A stretch of DNA of 64,000 nt, from NCBI RefSeq assembly GCF_018977255.1, contig NW_024704742.1, positions 48,548,001-48,612,000 of the forward strand. The letters run 5' to 3'. Both the position numbers and the translations under genes were made by a program. This document shows positions 50,394 through 61,040 of this stretch, in pieces. The notes below the pieces were generated by a model. That model worked only from the letters and a program-made list of their open reading frames with translations, did not search any database and was not told where the DNA came from. Source of the DNA: Callorhinchus milii (taxonomy: Eukaryota). The first letter of the stretch is position 1, and the number at the start of each line of letters is the position of its first letter.

Positions 50394-50571
50394 GTTAACT
50401 CATCATGACCCTGTATTTGAACACTTCACCATAACAAACGATTTGCCAGGAGCAGCTCTCTCAACCCTCTAAATAATGTTGAAAACTTATTCTTCCAGTG
50501 AAAAAGACAGACATTCCTTAACCTCTCTTGCTGAGAGATTGCTGAGATTCAGAATCAGCTTGGTAAAGAAC

Positions 50572-50689
<118 letters not shown>

Positions 50690-50704
50690 ACCTGGAACAA
50701 GAAA

Positions 50705-51005
50705 TAATAATAATAATAATAATCTTTGCATTTGATATAGCGCTTTTCACGTCGGGAGGACGTCCCAAAGCGCTTCACCGAACACACTGTAAAGTGAATT
50801 GACTGTATATTTGTGGGCGAACGCGGCAGCCAATTGCGCACAGCAATGTCCCACAAACAGTCGTAGATTGAAAATGACCCATTTATTATTGTTTTTGGTT
50901 TTGGAGGGATTATTATAAGGCGTGTGGAGTAAGGAAACTTGCCCAAGGTTTCGCCCTGCCTGGAATTGAACTCAGGTCTCTCGCTTGCAAAGCGAGTGCT
51001 CTAAC
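50705..51005 (-). mobile_element. Young SINE, short form, CTCCC-loop type, slightly 5'-truncated
   Basis: Nearly identical to 60373-60699; 7-bp target duplication caagaaa. Confidence 0.92.
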
Positions 51006-51014
51006 CAAGAAAGG

Positions 51015-51180
51015 CACAAAAGGCAAAATCCTGCAGATGATGGAAATCTGAAATAAAAACAGAAGTCACTGGGAACACTCAGCAGGTCAGGCAGCATCTA
51101 TGGAGAGAGGAAAGTGAGTTAACATTTCAGATCAATGACCTTTCATCAGAACTCAACGAAAGGTCATTGACCTGAAACAA
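51015..51180 (-). mobile_element. Penelope-like element terminal (pseudo-LTR) fragment with short inverted duplication
   Basis: ctgcagatgatggaaatctgaaataaaaacagaa..ctcagcaggtcaggcagcatctatggagag..tttcatcag; 20-bp inverted arms 51125-51144 / 51158-51177. Confidence 0.65.
51115..51155 (-). ncRNA. Minimal type I hammerhead ribozyme motif
   Basis: Minus strand: UGAGUU-CUGAUGA-A-AGGUC-AUU-GAUCU-GAAA-UGUU-AACUCA; 6-bp helix I, 5-bp helix II, vestigial quasi-palindromic helix III. Confidence 0.6.
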
Positions 51181-51431
51181 GAAAGGAACATTTGTCCCAG
51201 CAAGCAATAATAATTTTTCAAATAACTTAATATTCCTCCTCAGTCTACATGCACCGTATCAGTGTAGATTCTTCCACACACACAAAGGCCTATTTAATCT
51301 TTGAAATGTTACATACCTTCTCTCCAAGCCCCAAAAGGTCATCAAGCTAAACTACAAAATATCTATTCCTCCTTCACACAGCTACCTTCAACCTTTGCAG
51401 GGATTCTTCAAATAGCCTTTGCAGCATTTAA

Positions 51432-51632
51432 CCAAATTCTGGAATCTCTGAAATGCTACAACTACAGAATAAATCTAGACCTAGATTGAATTTCTCACAT
51501 GGTTAATTCATGACCCTGAATTTGAACACTTTACCATAACAAACAATTTGCCTAAGCAGCTCTGTCAACCCCTTAAATAATGTTGAAAACTTATTCTTCA
51601 AAGAAAAAGACAGATATTCCTTAACCTCTCTT
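51432..51632 (+). repeat. Diverged direct duplicate of 50324-50529
   Basis: Colinear ~200-bp match (cagaataaatctagacctag..taaataatgttgaaaacttattcttc..ttccttaacctctctt). Confidence 0.9.
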
Positions 51633-51699
51633 CGCAAATTAAGATTGGGAGTGTCTTAATCTTAATCTACGCCAATTAAAATAATGCCCATAGCTATTT

Positions 51700-52620
51700 C
51701 TTTGGTTAATCTCATAACTCTCAATCCCTTTCCTCAACAGATCCTTTTATTTAAAACAGTTTTCTAATGGACTCAGACTAACTGCTTTATCTGAGTGTCT
51801 CTTCCACATATCCACATCCGTGCATAAAAAGAGGTTCTTCTAATCTAGCTGGAGGTTAATAAGTGTTGTGTTCTCCAGTACTATCCTCTGATAAGGGTAA
51901 ATATGCTTTCTTATATCCATTGTATTTACATATGTCAGCATTTTGAAGACCTTGACTCCCCCCTTTAATCATATATTCTCTGAAAATAAGTTTACCTCCG
52001 GGACTTCAAAATTGGACCTTGTAAAGTCATGGCATTATCCTGGTCACTCTTCTCTGAACTCTGACCAATGCATCAATGTTCTTTTAACAAAAACTAGAGA
52101 TCATATTCCAAACATGGTCTTGCCAATCATCTTCACAATGTCAAAAGATTTTGTTCTGACTTTTAATCGAATGCTCTCCACATGAAATCCTATATCTGCT
52201 TTACCTTATTGGCAAGTGACTGGGTATTTCAGACAATAGTCAAAGAGCACACAAACCATTTTCCACCTTTACTAATGGAGACATATACATGCTGTGCACA
52301 CACTCCACTTTCCCTTTCTAGTTCTTCTCAAATGCACCAAATTTTACTGCACCGTGATTTTAAAACTGCCTTTGCCACTCGAAAAGGAATCGGATCTATA
52401 TTTAGTATACACAATAAACATACATAATCTTACAGTGTGTATTTAAATATAATGCTTTGATTTATAATCTATCCCACTGCAAATGTATTTTAGAACATGA
52501 TTTGTCTTCCTTTTGCTGTGGTCAAGCACTGAATTGCTGTTATGGATTTATACTAAACAACGCCTTGGTCCCTTTCCTACTCAGTTTCAAATGCAATGAA
52601 TCTGCATTGGGTATATCGTA
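51700..52620 (-). mobile_element. Long decayed CR1 fragment
   Basis: ttccacatatccacatccgtgcataaaaagaggttcttcct..gcattttgaagaccttga..cctggtcactcttctctgaactct, i.e. reverse CR1 ORF2-end motifs. Confidence 0.55.
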
Positions 52621-53264
52621 AACCTGTGCTAACACATATTGCCTACAATATACACAGTCACTACACTTTACAGTAAATCCTTTGAAGTGCTCAGAGACAT
52701 CCTCCCAATGTGAAAGGCCCTATATCAAATGTTCATACTATACAACAATAAACAGTTGACAAAATCTAAAGGTATATTAAATCCAGACTGTCACCTTTAA
52801 TATGCAATCTGCAAGTATCTATAAAAAAAGGGGCCCTCCAACAAGCAGTAGTTGTATTACATTATCAAATACATAAATTACACCAATAAATCCAATATAG
52901 TATATCTATTTCACAGGTTATACTACATCAAAATACATTACATTTTGACCTAAACAATTAAGTGTTCCTGAAATGAGGTGCGAGGTGTCTTCTAACTGAT
53001 AAGCCATCCACTGAGTTCAGAACTGTTCTTGACACTAGACACAAAATGTGCAGCAGTAGCTACTTCTGCAGTGAAGAAGGAAATTTATGCAGCCAGCGTC
53101 TGCCACATCAAGATCCATTTGAAAAACACAATCTTAGTTCAGAGCTGATGAACTACAACAGCTGTAACAAGTTGCACTTAGACCAATGTCTCAAACTGTA
53201 TTGCAAAGGTAATGGGTTCACCCTAGAGGGAGGTAAGGAGGAGGCATTTGAGGGTGTTCATAAA

Positions 53265-53438
53265 AAAAGTCTTCACTCAATCCACTAATGTTTGTGGGAC
53301 AGTTTTGCGAAATTGGTTGCCACGTTTCACCCACTAAATACACAGTGAATTAACTTTACAATATATTCTGTGAAGTGCTTTGAGACGTCTCGGTGACGTT
53401 ATAAGGCACTAAATCAAATGCAAGTTTTATTATTATTT
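53265..53438 (+). mobile_element. SINE 3' half
   Basis: tcactcaatccac..gtgaagtgctttgagacgtctcggtgacgt..aaatgcaagttttattatt. Confidence 0.75.
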
Positions 53439-53809
53439 TAGCCACAATCAAAGTGATAAATGATTTAGAAGGGAAAGAAAGCAGGAGGAAAGGTGTGCAA
53501 GAATCAGTTTGTGCCTGGAAGTAATTTTGTACAGATCAGTGATATCCTAGGAACTAAATGTATAACTGGAATTAAACAGCAAGAAAGGAAAACTGCTGCA
53601 TCTGTCTTAAGAGACTATGTGGTATATATTAATATCCGGGATTATGCTCCTTCAAGTATTGTAACATAATGCAAAACAATCTTTTCTTTTTAAAATATCA
53701 CATTAGTTTATAAACATGTTTTATTAATATCCAATTTCAATGGAAAGGTCAGCTATGCAATGAAAATCAAGTCAGCAGTATTACTTTAAGGATCGATCTC
53801 CAATAGGTT

Positions 53810-54215
53810 TTATAGAATGATAAAATATTAGAGCACAGACTCAAGCCATTTGGCCCATCAAGTGGAAGCTGGTGTTTTTGTCTATGTGATCCATCTCTTC
53901 TAACCCATTCTCCTGTTCACTCCCTTTAATATTTGTTTCCAAAATCTATGGACTCCACATTCCAACTAACCTTTCTGTAAAGATATTTCTCTAACCTCAC
54001 CTTTAATCCATTCTGTCACTAACTTGAATTTGTGCCCTATTCTTACTGAATCACTGGCTAGTGGAGATTAGGAACATAGGAGCAGGATTGGGCCATTCAG
54101 CCTCAAGCTTGTTCTGCCATTCTTCTAGATCATGGCTGATGATTTTCTGTAATTATTTACCGTATCATAAACCTTCATATTGACCCCCTCTATCAGGTCA
54201 CCCCTTAACCTTTGG
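53810..54215 (-). mobile_element. Nested CR1 3' ends
   Basis: gccatttggcccatcaag and ggaacataggagcaggattgggccattcagcc..gatcatggctgat. Confidence 0.6.
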
Positions 54216-54879
54216 GGATGGGGGAGCGGGGGTGGAGGGTGGAAGAGTTTCAGTTGTAGAAGAAGTAAACGCAATCTCATATCATTATGACGTCCTCCCG
54301 ATTTGAACGGAGTGATACAAATATAATTTGTTATTATTGTATTATGATAAATGTCCTACATTAAAAAGTGCTCGTAAAGGGAAGGAATTACTCCGAAAAC
54401 ATATTAGTCCAGATTTCTAAAAACAATTGACACAGACATTTAAAAGGAATCTCTAGCTGCAGATCAACTCGGACAAAGGCTACTTTGGAGGGGGAAAGCT
54501 GGATATTTTCCAAGTTTATGACAGTAAAGGCATGAAGGATTTCTGCAGACTTACCACTGGAGGGGGAGCAGGATAAGCTCAATTAGCTGCAATAAAGTAC
54601 AACAGAACCCATTCTTCTAACAGCTGCAAGCAAACACCAGCCAGACGTGGAACTGAATAACATTGCCACCCCCACTGTCCATCCCCCCTTCCCCCCACTG
54701 TAAAAAAAGTCAATTAAGGAGATACCGATTCAAAGACTTAGCACCCGTTATAAGGACTGTAACCTGAAACCTACAAGCCCGCAGCCAGACAAAGCATAAA
54801 GGTACAGACAAATATGATCATGTTGTAAGCAGATGGAGACCTGGCTGGATTATCTGAGGACAGATAGCTGGAGAGAAAA

Positions 54880-55020
54880 TTTTGTTTCGCCCACGAAATA
54901 CACAGTCAATTCGCTTTACAGTATATCCCGTGAAGAGCTTTGAGACGTCTCGAAGACGTGATAAGGCGCTATGTCAAATGCAAGGATTATTATTATTAAT
55001 TATTATTATTATTGTTGTTA
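54880..55020 (+). mobile_element. SINE 3' tail
   Basis: gtttcgcccac..gagacgtctcgaagacgtgataaggcgct..(tta)n. Confidence 0.8.
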
Positions 55021-55837
55021 TAAGAGGGGAGGGAAAAAACAAATGTCTAAAGGGATTTTACTTTGCTCTCTTGGGTCTGTGAAATGCAAGCGCTCACAGA
55101 TCCGCAATTCTCCCTGATTTTTGGGTTACATTCCTGGGCATTTCAATAAATTCTGCGAAAGTTGATTCATCTGCAGTTAGCTGTTGGAACTGCACGAGTT
55201 GTTTCCAATGGGGACCAGAAGGTGTTGAAGGTCCTTCATAAATACATATGCAGTAAATGGCTAACAGCATGCAGCAGTCCCTCTGTAATAACCCCCTCAT
55301 CTGTGCACTGAACACAGCAACCACCGCAAGACCATCAAACACGCTGTAATACACGCAGTGAGTCCACTCTCACTGCTGCTCTCTCTCTCTCTACCTTTCA
55401 TCCCTTCTGGAGAGACACAATTCACTTCGGATTAAAAAAAAATACACTCTTTAACGTCCATCCGCAGTGGCAGCAACAACCTTAACACAGATCCTGATCA
55501 CAGCCACATTTACACACTTACACACACTCACTCACTCACTCACACACTCACACACTAAGTTTAAAGGGAAGGAAGCGCTGGTTTGGACGTGATGGTCGAT
55601 GAGATGAGCTCGTCCTCACCGAGTGTCCTCTGCCACACAGATCTCGGTGTCTCTCTGTCTCTCTGCCTCTCAAACCTACCGCATTTTCTTCTGCTGTACC
55701 TGTCAAGATGTTTCCCACCTGGGAAACTGCAATGTGTCTGTCCCTTTTGTCCCTTTGCCGCGGATAGGAAAGGAAGCTGCTCTCACTCCGGAATGCTGGC
55801 TGTCTTGTTCCTTTCAAACGCACAGAATAACAGCACT

Positions 55838-56295
55838 GCAGCACAGCACAGTGTAGTGTAGTACAGTGTAGTGCAGTACAGCACAGTAGAGTACAGTGTA
55901 CTGCAGTGCAGTACAGTGCAGTGCAGTCTAGTACAGTGTAGTGCAGCACAGCACAGTGTAGCACAGCACAGTGTAGTGCAGCACAGCACAGTGCAGCACA
56001 GCACAGTGTAGTGCAGCACAGCACAGTGCAGCACAGCACAGTGTAGTGCAGCACAGCACAGTGTAGTGTAGTACAGTGTAGTGCAGCACAGCACAGTGTA
56101 GTGTAGTACAGTGTAGTGCAGTACAGCACAGTAGAGTACAGTGTACTGCAGTGCAGTACAGTGCAGTCTAGTACAGTGTAGTGCAGCACAGCACAGTGTA
56201 GTGCAGCACAGCACAGTGTAGTGCAGCACAGCACAGTGCAGCACAGCACAGTGTAGTGCAGCACAGCACAGTGTAGTGCAGCACAGCACAGTGCA
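55838..56295 (+). repeat. Pentameric (CAGCA/CAGTG/TAGTG) satellite with higher-order duplication
   Basis: 5-bp periodicity; the diagnostic block agtagagtacagtgtactgcagtg recurs at about 55885 and 56130. Confidence 0.95.
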
Positions 56296-56590
56296 GGAGG
56301 TGGGGAGGGCGGGCGGGCGGTGGTAACCCAGCAGCCCGGGGCTGGCGCAGCGCGGTCGGGTGCAGTGTGTGTGCAGAGCACAGGGACCCTCCAACTGTGC
56401 CGACTGCAGCTCTCAGTACATTTACAACAAAACAAACGCCACCATCCGCCCAGAAACCCAGTCCTCTCCCTCCCTCCCTCAACCCCCTCTCTCCCCCTCT
56501 CCCCCCTCCCCCTCTCCATCTCCCCTCTCCCTCCCTCCCCCTCTCCCCCCCTCCCTCTCCCCCCCTCCCCCCCCCCCCCCCCCCCCCAGG
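56296..56590. promoter_or_regulatory. CpG-rich segment with overlapping GC boxes and a C-rich tract (G-quadruplex potential on minus strand)
   Basis: gggagggcgggcgggcgg, clustered CpGs, poly-C runs at 56460-56588. Confidence 0.5.
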
Positions 56591-56669
56591 CTCCCCAGAT
56601 TGCTGTTGGCTGCTGTCATTTTTTTATATACCTTAATCTATACAAACCACAGCACAGGGCTGTACTCAC

Positions 56670-56830
56670 CCCGTTATTTCTTGTCAGCTGCTGCTCTCTC
56701 TCTCTCTCGGTCTCAGTCAGGGCTATGGCTGAGGTGGGTCTGGTCTGCAGAGGAGAGAGAGCTGCTGTAGCTCCTGTCTCTCTCCCTCCCTCTCCCTCTC
56801 TCTCTCTGCCGCAGCTTCTAACTGTGCTGC
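56670..56830 (-). other. Candidate non-coding first exon of a minus-strand gene
   Basis: Consensus donor GGG|GTGAGT at 56670/56669, GA-rich leader, G-rich and CpG-rich sequence just downstream; the 5' boundary is a guess. Confidence 0.45.
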
Positions 56831-57422
56831 AGCAGTGATCTCCCTCTCTGTGCTGGAGCAGTGATCTCTCTCTCTCTCTCTCTGTGCTGGAGCAGTGATC
56901 TCTCTCTGTGCTGGAGCAGTGATCTCTCTCTCTCTCTGTGCTGGAGCAGTGATCTCTCTCTCTCTGTGCTGCAGCAGTGATCTCTCTCTCTCTCTGTACT
57001 GGAGCAGTGATCTCTCTCTCTCTCTGTGCTGGAGCAGTGATCTCTCTCTCTCTGTGCTGCAGCAGTGATCTCTCTCTCTCTCTGTACTGGAGCAGTGATC
57101 TCTCTCTCTCTGTGCTGGAGCAGTGATCTCTCTCTCTGTACTGGAGCAGTGATCTCTCTCTCCCTCTCTGTGCTGGAGCAGTGATCTCTCTCTCTCTCTG
57201 TGCTGGAGCAGTGATCTCTCTCTCTGTACTGGAGCAGTGATCTCTCTCTCTGTACTGGAGCAGTGATCTCTCTCTCTGTGCTGGAGCAGTGATCTCTCTC
57301 TCTGTGCTGGAGCAGTGATCTCTCTCTCTGTAATGGAGCAGTGATCTCTCTCTCTGTACTGCAGCAGTGATCTCCCTCTCTGTGCTGGAGCAGTGATCTC
57401 TCTCTCTGTGCTGGAGCAGTGA

Positions 57423-57453
<31 letters not shown>

Positions 57454-59725
57454 GAGCAGTGATCTCTCTCTCTGTAATGGAGCAGTGATCTCTCTCTCTG
57501 TACTGGAGCAGTGATCTCTCTCTCTCTCTGTGCTGCAGCAGTGATCTCTCTCTCTCTCTGTGCTGGAGCAGTGATCTCTCTCTCTCTCTGTGCTGCAGCA
57601 GTGATCTCTCTCTCTGTACTGGAGCAGTGATCTCTCTCTCTGTACTGGAGCAGTGATCTCTCTCTCTGTGCTGCAGCAGTGATCTCCCTCTCTGTGCTGG
57701 AGCAGTGATCTCTCTCTCTGTGCTGGAGCAGTGATCTCTCTCTCTCTCTGTGCTGGAGCAGTGATCTCTCTCTCTCTCTGTGCTGGAGCAGTGATCTCTC
57801 TCTCTGTAATGGAGCAGTGATCTCTCTCTCTCTCTGTGCTGGAGCAGTGATCTCTCTCCCTCTCTCTCTGTGCTGGAGCAGTGACCTCTCTCCCTCTCTG
57901 TGCTGGAGCAGTGATCTCTCTCTCTCTCTCTCTGTGCTGGAGCAGTGATCTCTCTCTCTGTAATGGAGCAGTGATCTCTCTCTCTGTAATGGAGCAGTGA
58001 TCTCTCTCTCTCTGTGCTGGAGCAGTGACCTCTCTCCCTCTCTGTGCTGGAGCAGTGATCTCTCTCTCTCTGTGCTGGAGCAGTGACCTCTCTCCCTCTC
58101 TGTGCTGGAGCAGTGATCTCTCTCTCTGTACTGGAGCAGTGATCTCTCTCTCTGTGCTGCAGCAGTGATCTCTCTCTCTCTGTACTGGAGCAGTGATCTC
58201 CCTCTCTGTGCTGGAGCAGTGATCTCTCTCTCTCTCTGTGTGTGCTGGAGCAGTGATCTCTCTCTCTGTAATGGAGCAGTGATCTCTCTCTCTGTGCTGG
58301 AGCAGTGACCTCTCTCTCTCTCTGTGCTGGAGCAGTGATCTCTCTCTCTGTAATGGAGCAGTGATCTCTCTCTCTGTGCTGCAGCAGTGATCTCCCTCTC
58401 TGTGCTGGAGCAGTGATCTCTCTCTCTCTCTCTCTGTGCTGGAGCAGTGATCTCTCTCTCTGTAATGGAGCAGTGATCTCTCTCTCTGTAATGGAGCAGT
58501 GATCTCTCTCTCCCTCTCTGTGCTGGAGCAGTGATCTCTCTCTCTCTCTCTCTGTGCTGGAGCAGTGATCTCTCTCTCTGTAATGGAGCAGTGATCTCTC
58601 TCTCTGTAATGGAGCAGTGATCTCTCTCTCCCTCTCTGTGCTGGAGCAGTGATCTCTCTCTCTGTAATGGAGCAGTGATCTCTCTCTCTGTAATGGAGCA
58701 GTGATCTCTCTCTCTCTGTGCTGGAGCAGTGACCTCTCTCCCTCTCTGTGCTGGAGCAGTGATCTCTCTCTCTCTCTCTCTGTGCGGGAGCAGTGATCTC
58801 TCTCTCTCTCTCTCTGTGCTGGAGCAGTGATCTCTCTCTCTCTCTCTCTCTCTGTGCTGGAGCAGTGATCTCTCTCTCTCTCTCTCTGTGCTGGAGCAGT
58901 GATCTCTCTCTCTCTCTCTCTGTGCGGGAGCAGTGATCTCTCTCTCTCTCTCTCTGTGCGGGAGCAGTGATCTCTCTCTCTCTCTCTCTCTGTGCTGGAG
59001 CAGTGATCTCTCTCTCTGTAATGGAGCAGTGATCTCTCTCTCTGTAATGGAGCAGTGATCTCTCTCTCTCTGTGCTGGAGCAGTGATCTCTCTCTCTGTG
59101 TGTCCTAAACGCAGTGATCTCTCTCTCTCTCTGTCCTAAACGCAGTGATCTCTCTCAGACAGTGAGATCTCTCTCTCTCTTTGATAGAGGCAGTGATATC
59201 TCTGCGTGTGTGTTGTAGGCAGTGATCTCTCCCCCTCTCTGTGCTGGAACAGATCTCTCTCTCTCTCTCTCTCTCTGAGAGAGGCAATGATCTCTTTCTC
59301 TCTGAGAGAGGCAATGATCTCTCTCTCTCTCTCTGTGTGAGAGGCAATGATCTCTCTCTCTCTCTCTCGGTGAGAGAGGCAATGATCTCTCTTTCTCTTT
59401 CTCTCTCTGTGTGAGAGGCAATGATCTCTCTCTCTCTCGGTGAGAGAGGCAATGATCTCTCTTTCTCTCTCTCTCTCTGTGTGAGAGGCAATGATCTCTC
59501 TCTCTTTCTCTCTGTGTGAGAGGCAATGATCTCTCTCTCTCTCTTTCTCTCTCTGTGTGAGAGAGGCAATGATCTCTCTCTTTCTCTCTCTGTGTGAGAG
59601 AGGCAATGATCTCTCTCTCTCTCTGTGAGAGAGGGAATGATCTCTCTCTCCCTCTCTCTGCTGGAACAGATCTGTGTGTGTGTGTGTGTGTGTGTTGGAG
59701 ACAGTGATCTCTCTCTCCCTCTGTG
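56822..59725 (+). repeat. Compound minisatellite: [gtgctggagcagtgat(ct)n], then [gagaggcaatgat(ct)n]
   Basis: Roughly 70-75 units (visual estimate) of about 28-42 bp up to ~59100, then a diverged unit type to ~59640; each unit embeds a variable (CT)n. Confidence 0.97.
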
Positions 59726-59749
59726 CAGGTTACAGCAATTACCATTGCT

Positions 59750-59920
59750 CCTCCATCCCTCCCTCCCTCCCTCCCTCCCTCCCTCCATCCATCCATCCAT
59801 CCATCCATCCATCCATCCATCCATCCATCCATCCATCCATCCATCCATCCATCCATCCATCCATCCATCCATCCATCCCTTCCATCCCTTCCTCCCTCCC
59901 TCCCTCCCTCTCCCTCTCTG
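59750..59920 (+). repeat. (CCCT)n-(CCAT)n-(CCCT)n compound microsatellite
   Basis: Direct reading. Confidence 0.97.
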
Positions 59921-60860
59921 CCGCAGTCTCCCTCCATCCCTCAAACCCTGACATTCCCGAAAGAGATTCCCAGCCTTTTCCCCTCGAAACCAATGCGCAA
60001 TCGGGCGGACACGGTTCCTCCTGTTTTGCATTGCGCCTCCGGAGAGCTGCGAAGCCTTCCCGAGCCCTCGGCGGCCACTCCCGGGGTCAGACAGCATTGG
60101 GGAGGGGGGAGGGACCACGTGGGGACCCAGACACGTGGATCCAGATGGTACCACCGCCCACATCTGGAGATGTGGATGCCCAACAACATCTGCATCAGAA
60201 ACCCTTCACTGCAACTCGTAGTCGGAATAACCCTTTCACCTTTCATGCCTTGACCGCCTCCTTCCGCGTCTCCCGAGACGTCTCGAAGCGCTTCTCGCGA
60301 GGTCCCCCCGGGGCGGTGACTCGGCTGCGTTTGCTTTGCGGAATCCACAAGTGAAAAAAAAACGTCAACGTTATAATAATAATAATAATAATAATCCTTG
60401 CATTTGATATCGCGCTTTTCACGTCGGGAGGACGTCCCAAAGCGCTTCACAGAACACACTGTAAAGTGAATTGACTGTATATTTGTGGGCGAACGCGGCA
60501 GCCAATTGCGCACAGCAATGTCCCACAAACAGTCGTAGATTGAAAATGACCAATTTATTATTGTTTTTGGTTTTGGAGGGATTATTATTAGGCGTGTGGA
60601 GTAAGGAAACTTGCCCAAGGTTTCGCCCTCTGCCTGGAATTGAACTCAGGTCTCTCACTTGGAAAGTGAGTGCTCTAACCACTGAGCTACAGGACTCCAC
60701 AAACGCGCTGCTTGCAACAGCCCTGCTTCGTGCTTTTTTCTTATTTCCAGGCGTCACCTGCGCCCCGAGGAACTGCTGCGGTCGTTGTGTTTATTATTAA
60801 CGGTTGCAGCGGCAGTTGAGGTTTCTCGCTTCTGTTATGCACGGACAGATTCTCGGTACA
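59920..60860. promoter_or_regulatory. CpG island / probable promoter region, interrupted by a young SINE
   Basis: Dense CpG against a CpG-depleted background; CCAAT at 59990, GGGCGG at about 60003, TCTCGCGAG at 60293. Confidence 0.6.
60373..60699 (-). mobile_element. Young SINE, full-length short form, CTCCC-loop type
   Basis: Complete tRNA head to (TTA)n tail with CpGs retained. Confidence 0.92.
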
Positions 60861-60919
60861 TATCCCATCTGCTCCTGTTTCAAAATGCTTCAGTGCGTAT
60901 TGTTTGTGTCTGGAATTTA

Positions 60920-61040
60920 AACTGTGGCAGTTGTGCAAAATGTACAGTCAATTCACTTTACAGTATATTCTGTGAAGCGCTTTGAGACGTCTCAGCAATG
61001 TGATAAGGCGCTATATCAAATCCAAGGAGTATTATTAAAT
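60920..61040 (+). mobile_element. SINE 3' tail
   Basis: acagtcaattcactttacagtatattctgtgaagcgctttgagacgtc..tatcaaatccaagg. Confidence 0.8.

Noticed and set aside
54555..54586. 32-nt minus-strand mini-exon (ttattgcag|...|gtaagt)
   Set aside because: Short pyrimidine tract, not frame-preserving and no other support; such site pairs arise by chance.
55548..56519. 323-aa and 203-aa Cys-rich ORFs resembling keratin-associated or metallothionein-like proteins
   Set aside because: They are translations of the pentamer satellite, open in more than one frame and with no unique domain.
56822..59100. CRISPR-like appearance (constant core with variable spacer)
   Set aside because: The spacers are only (CT)n of varying length, not unique sequences; vertebrate context and no cas genes.
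59105..60618. Long ORFs (352, 260, 226, 225 aa)
   Set aside because: Products of the (CT)n minisatellite, (CCAT)n and SINE sequence.
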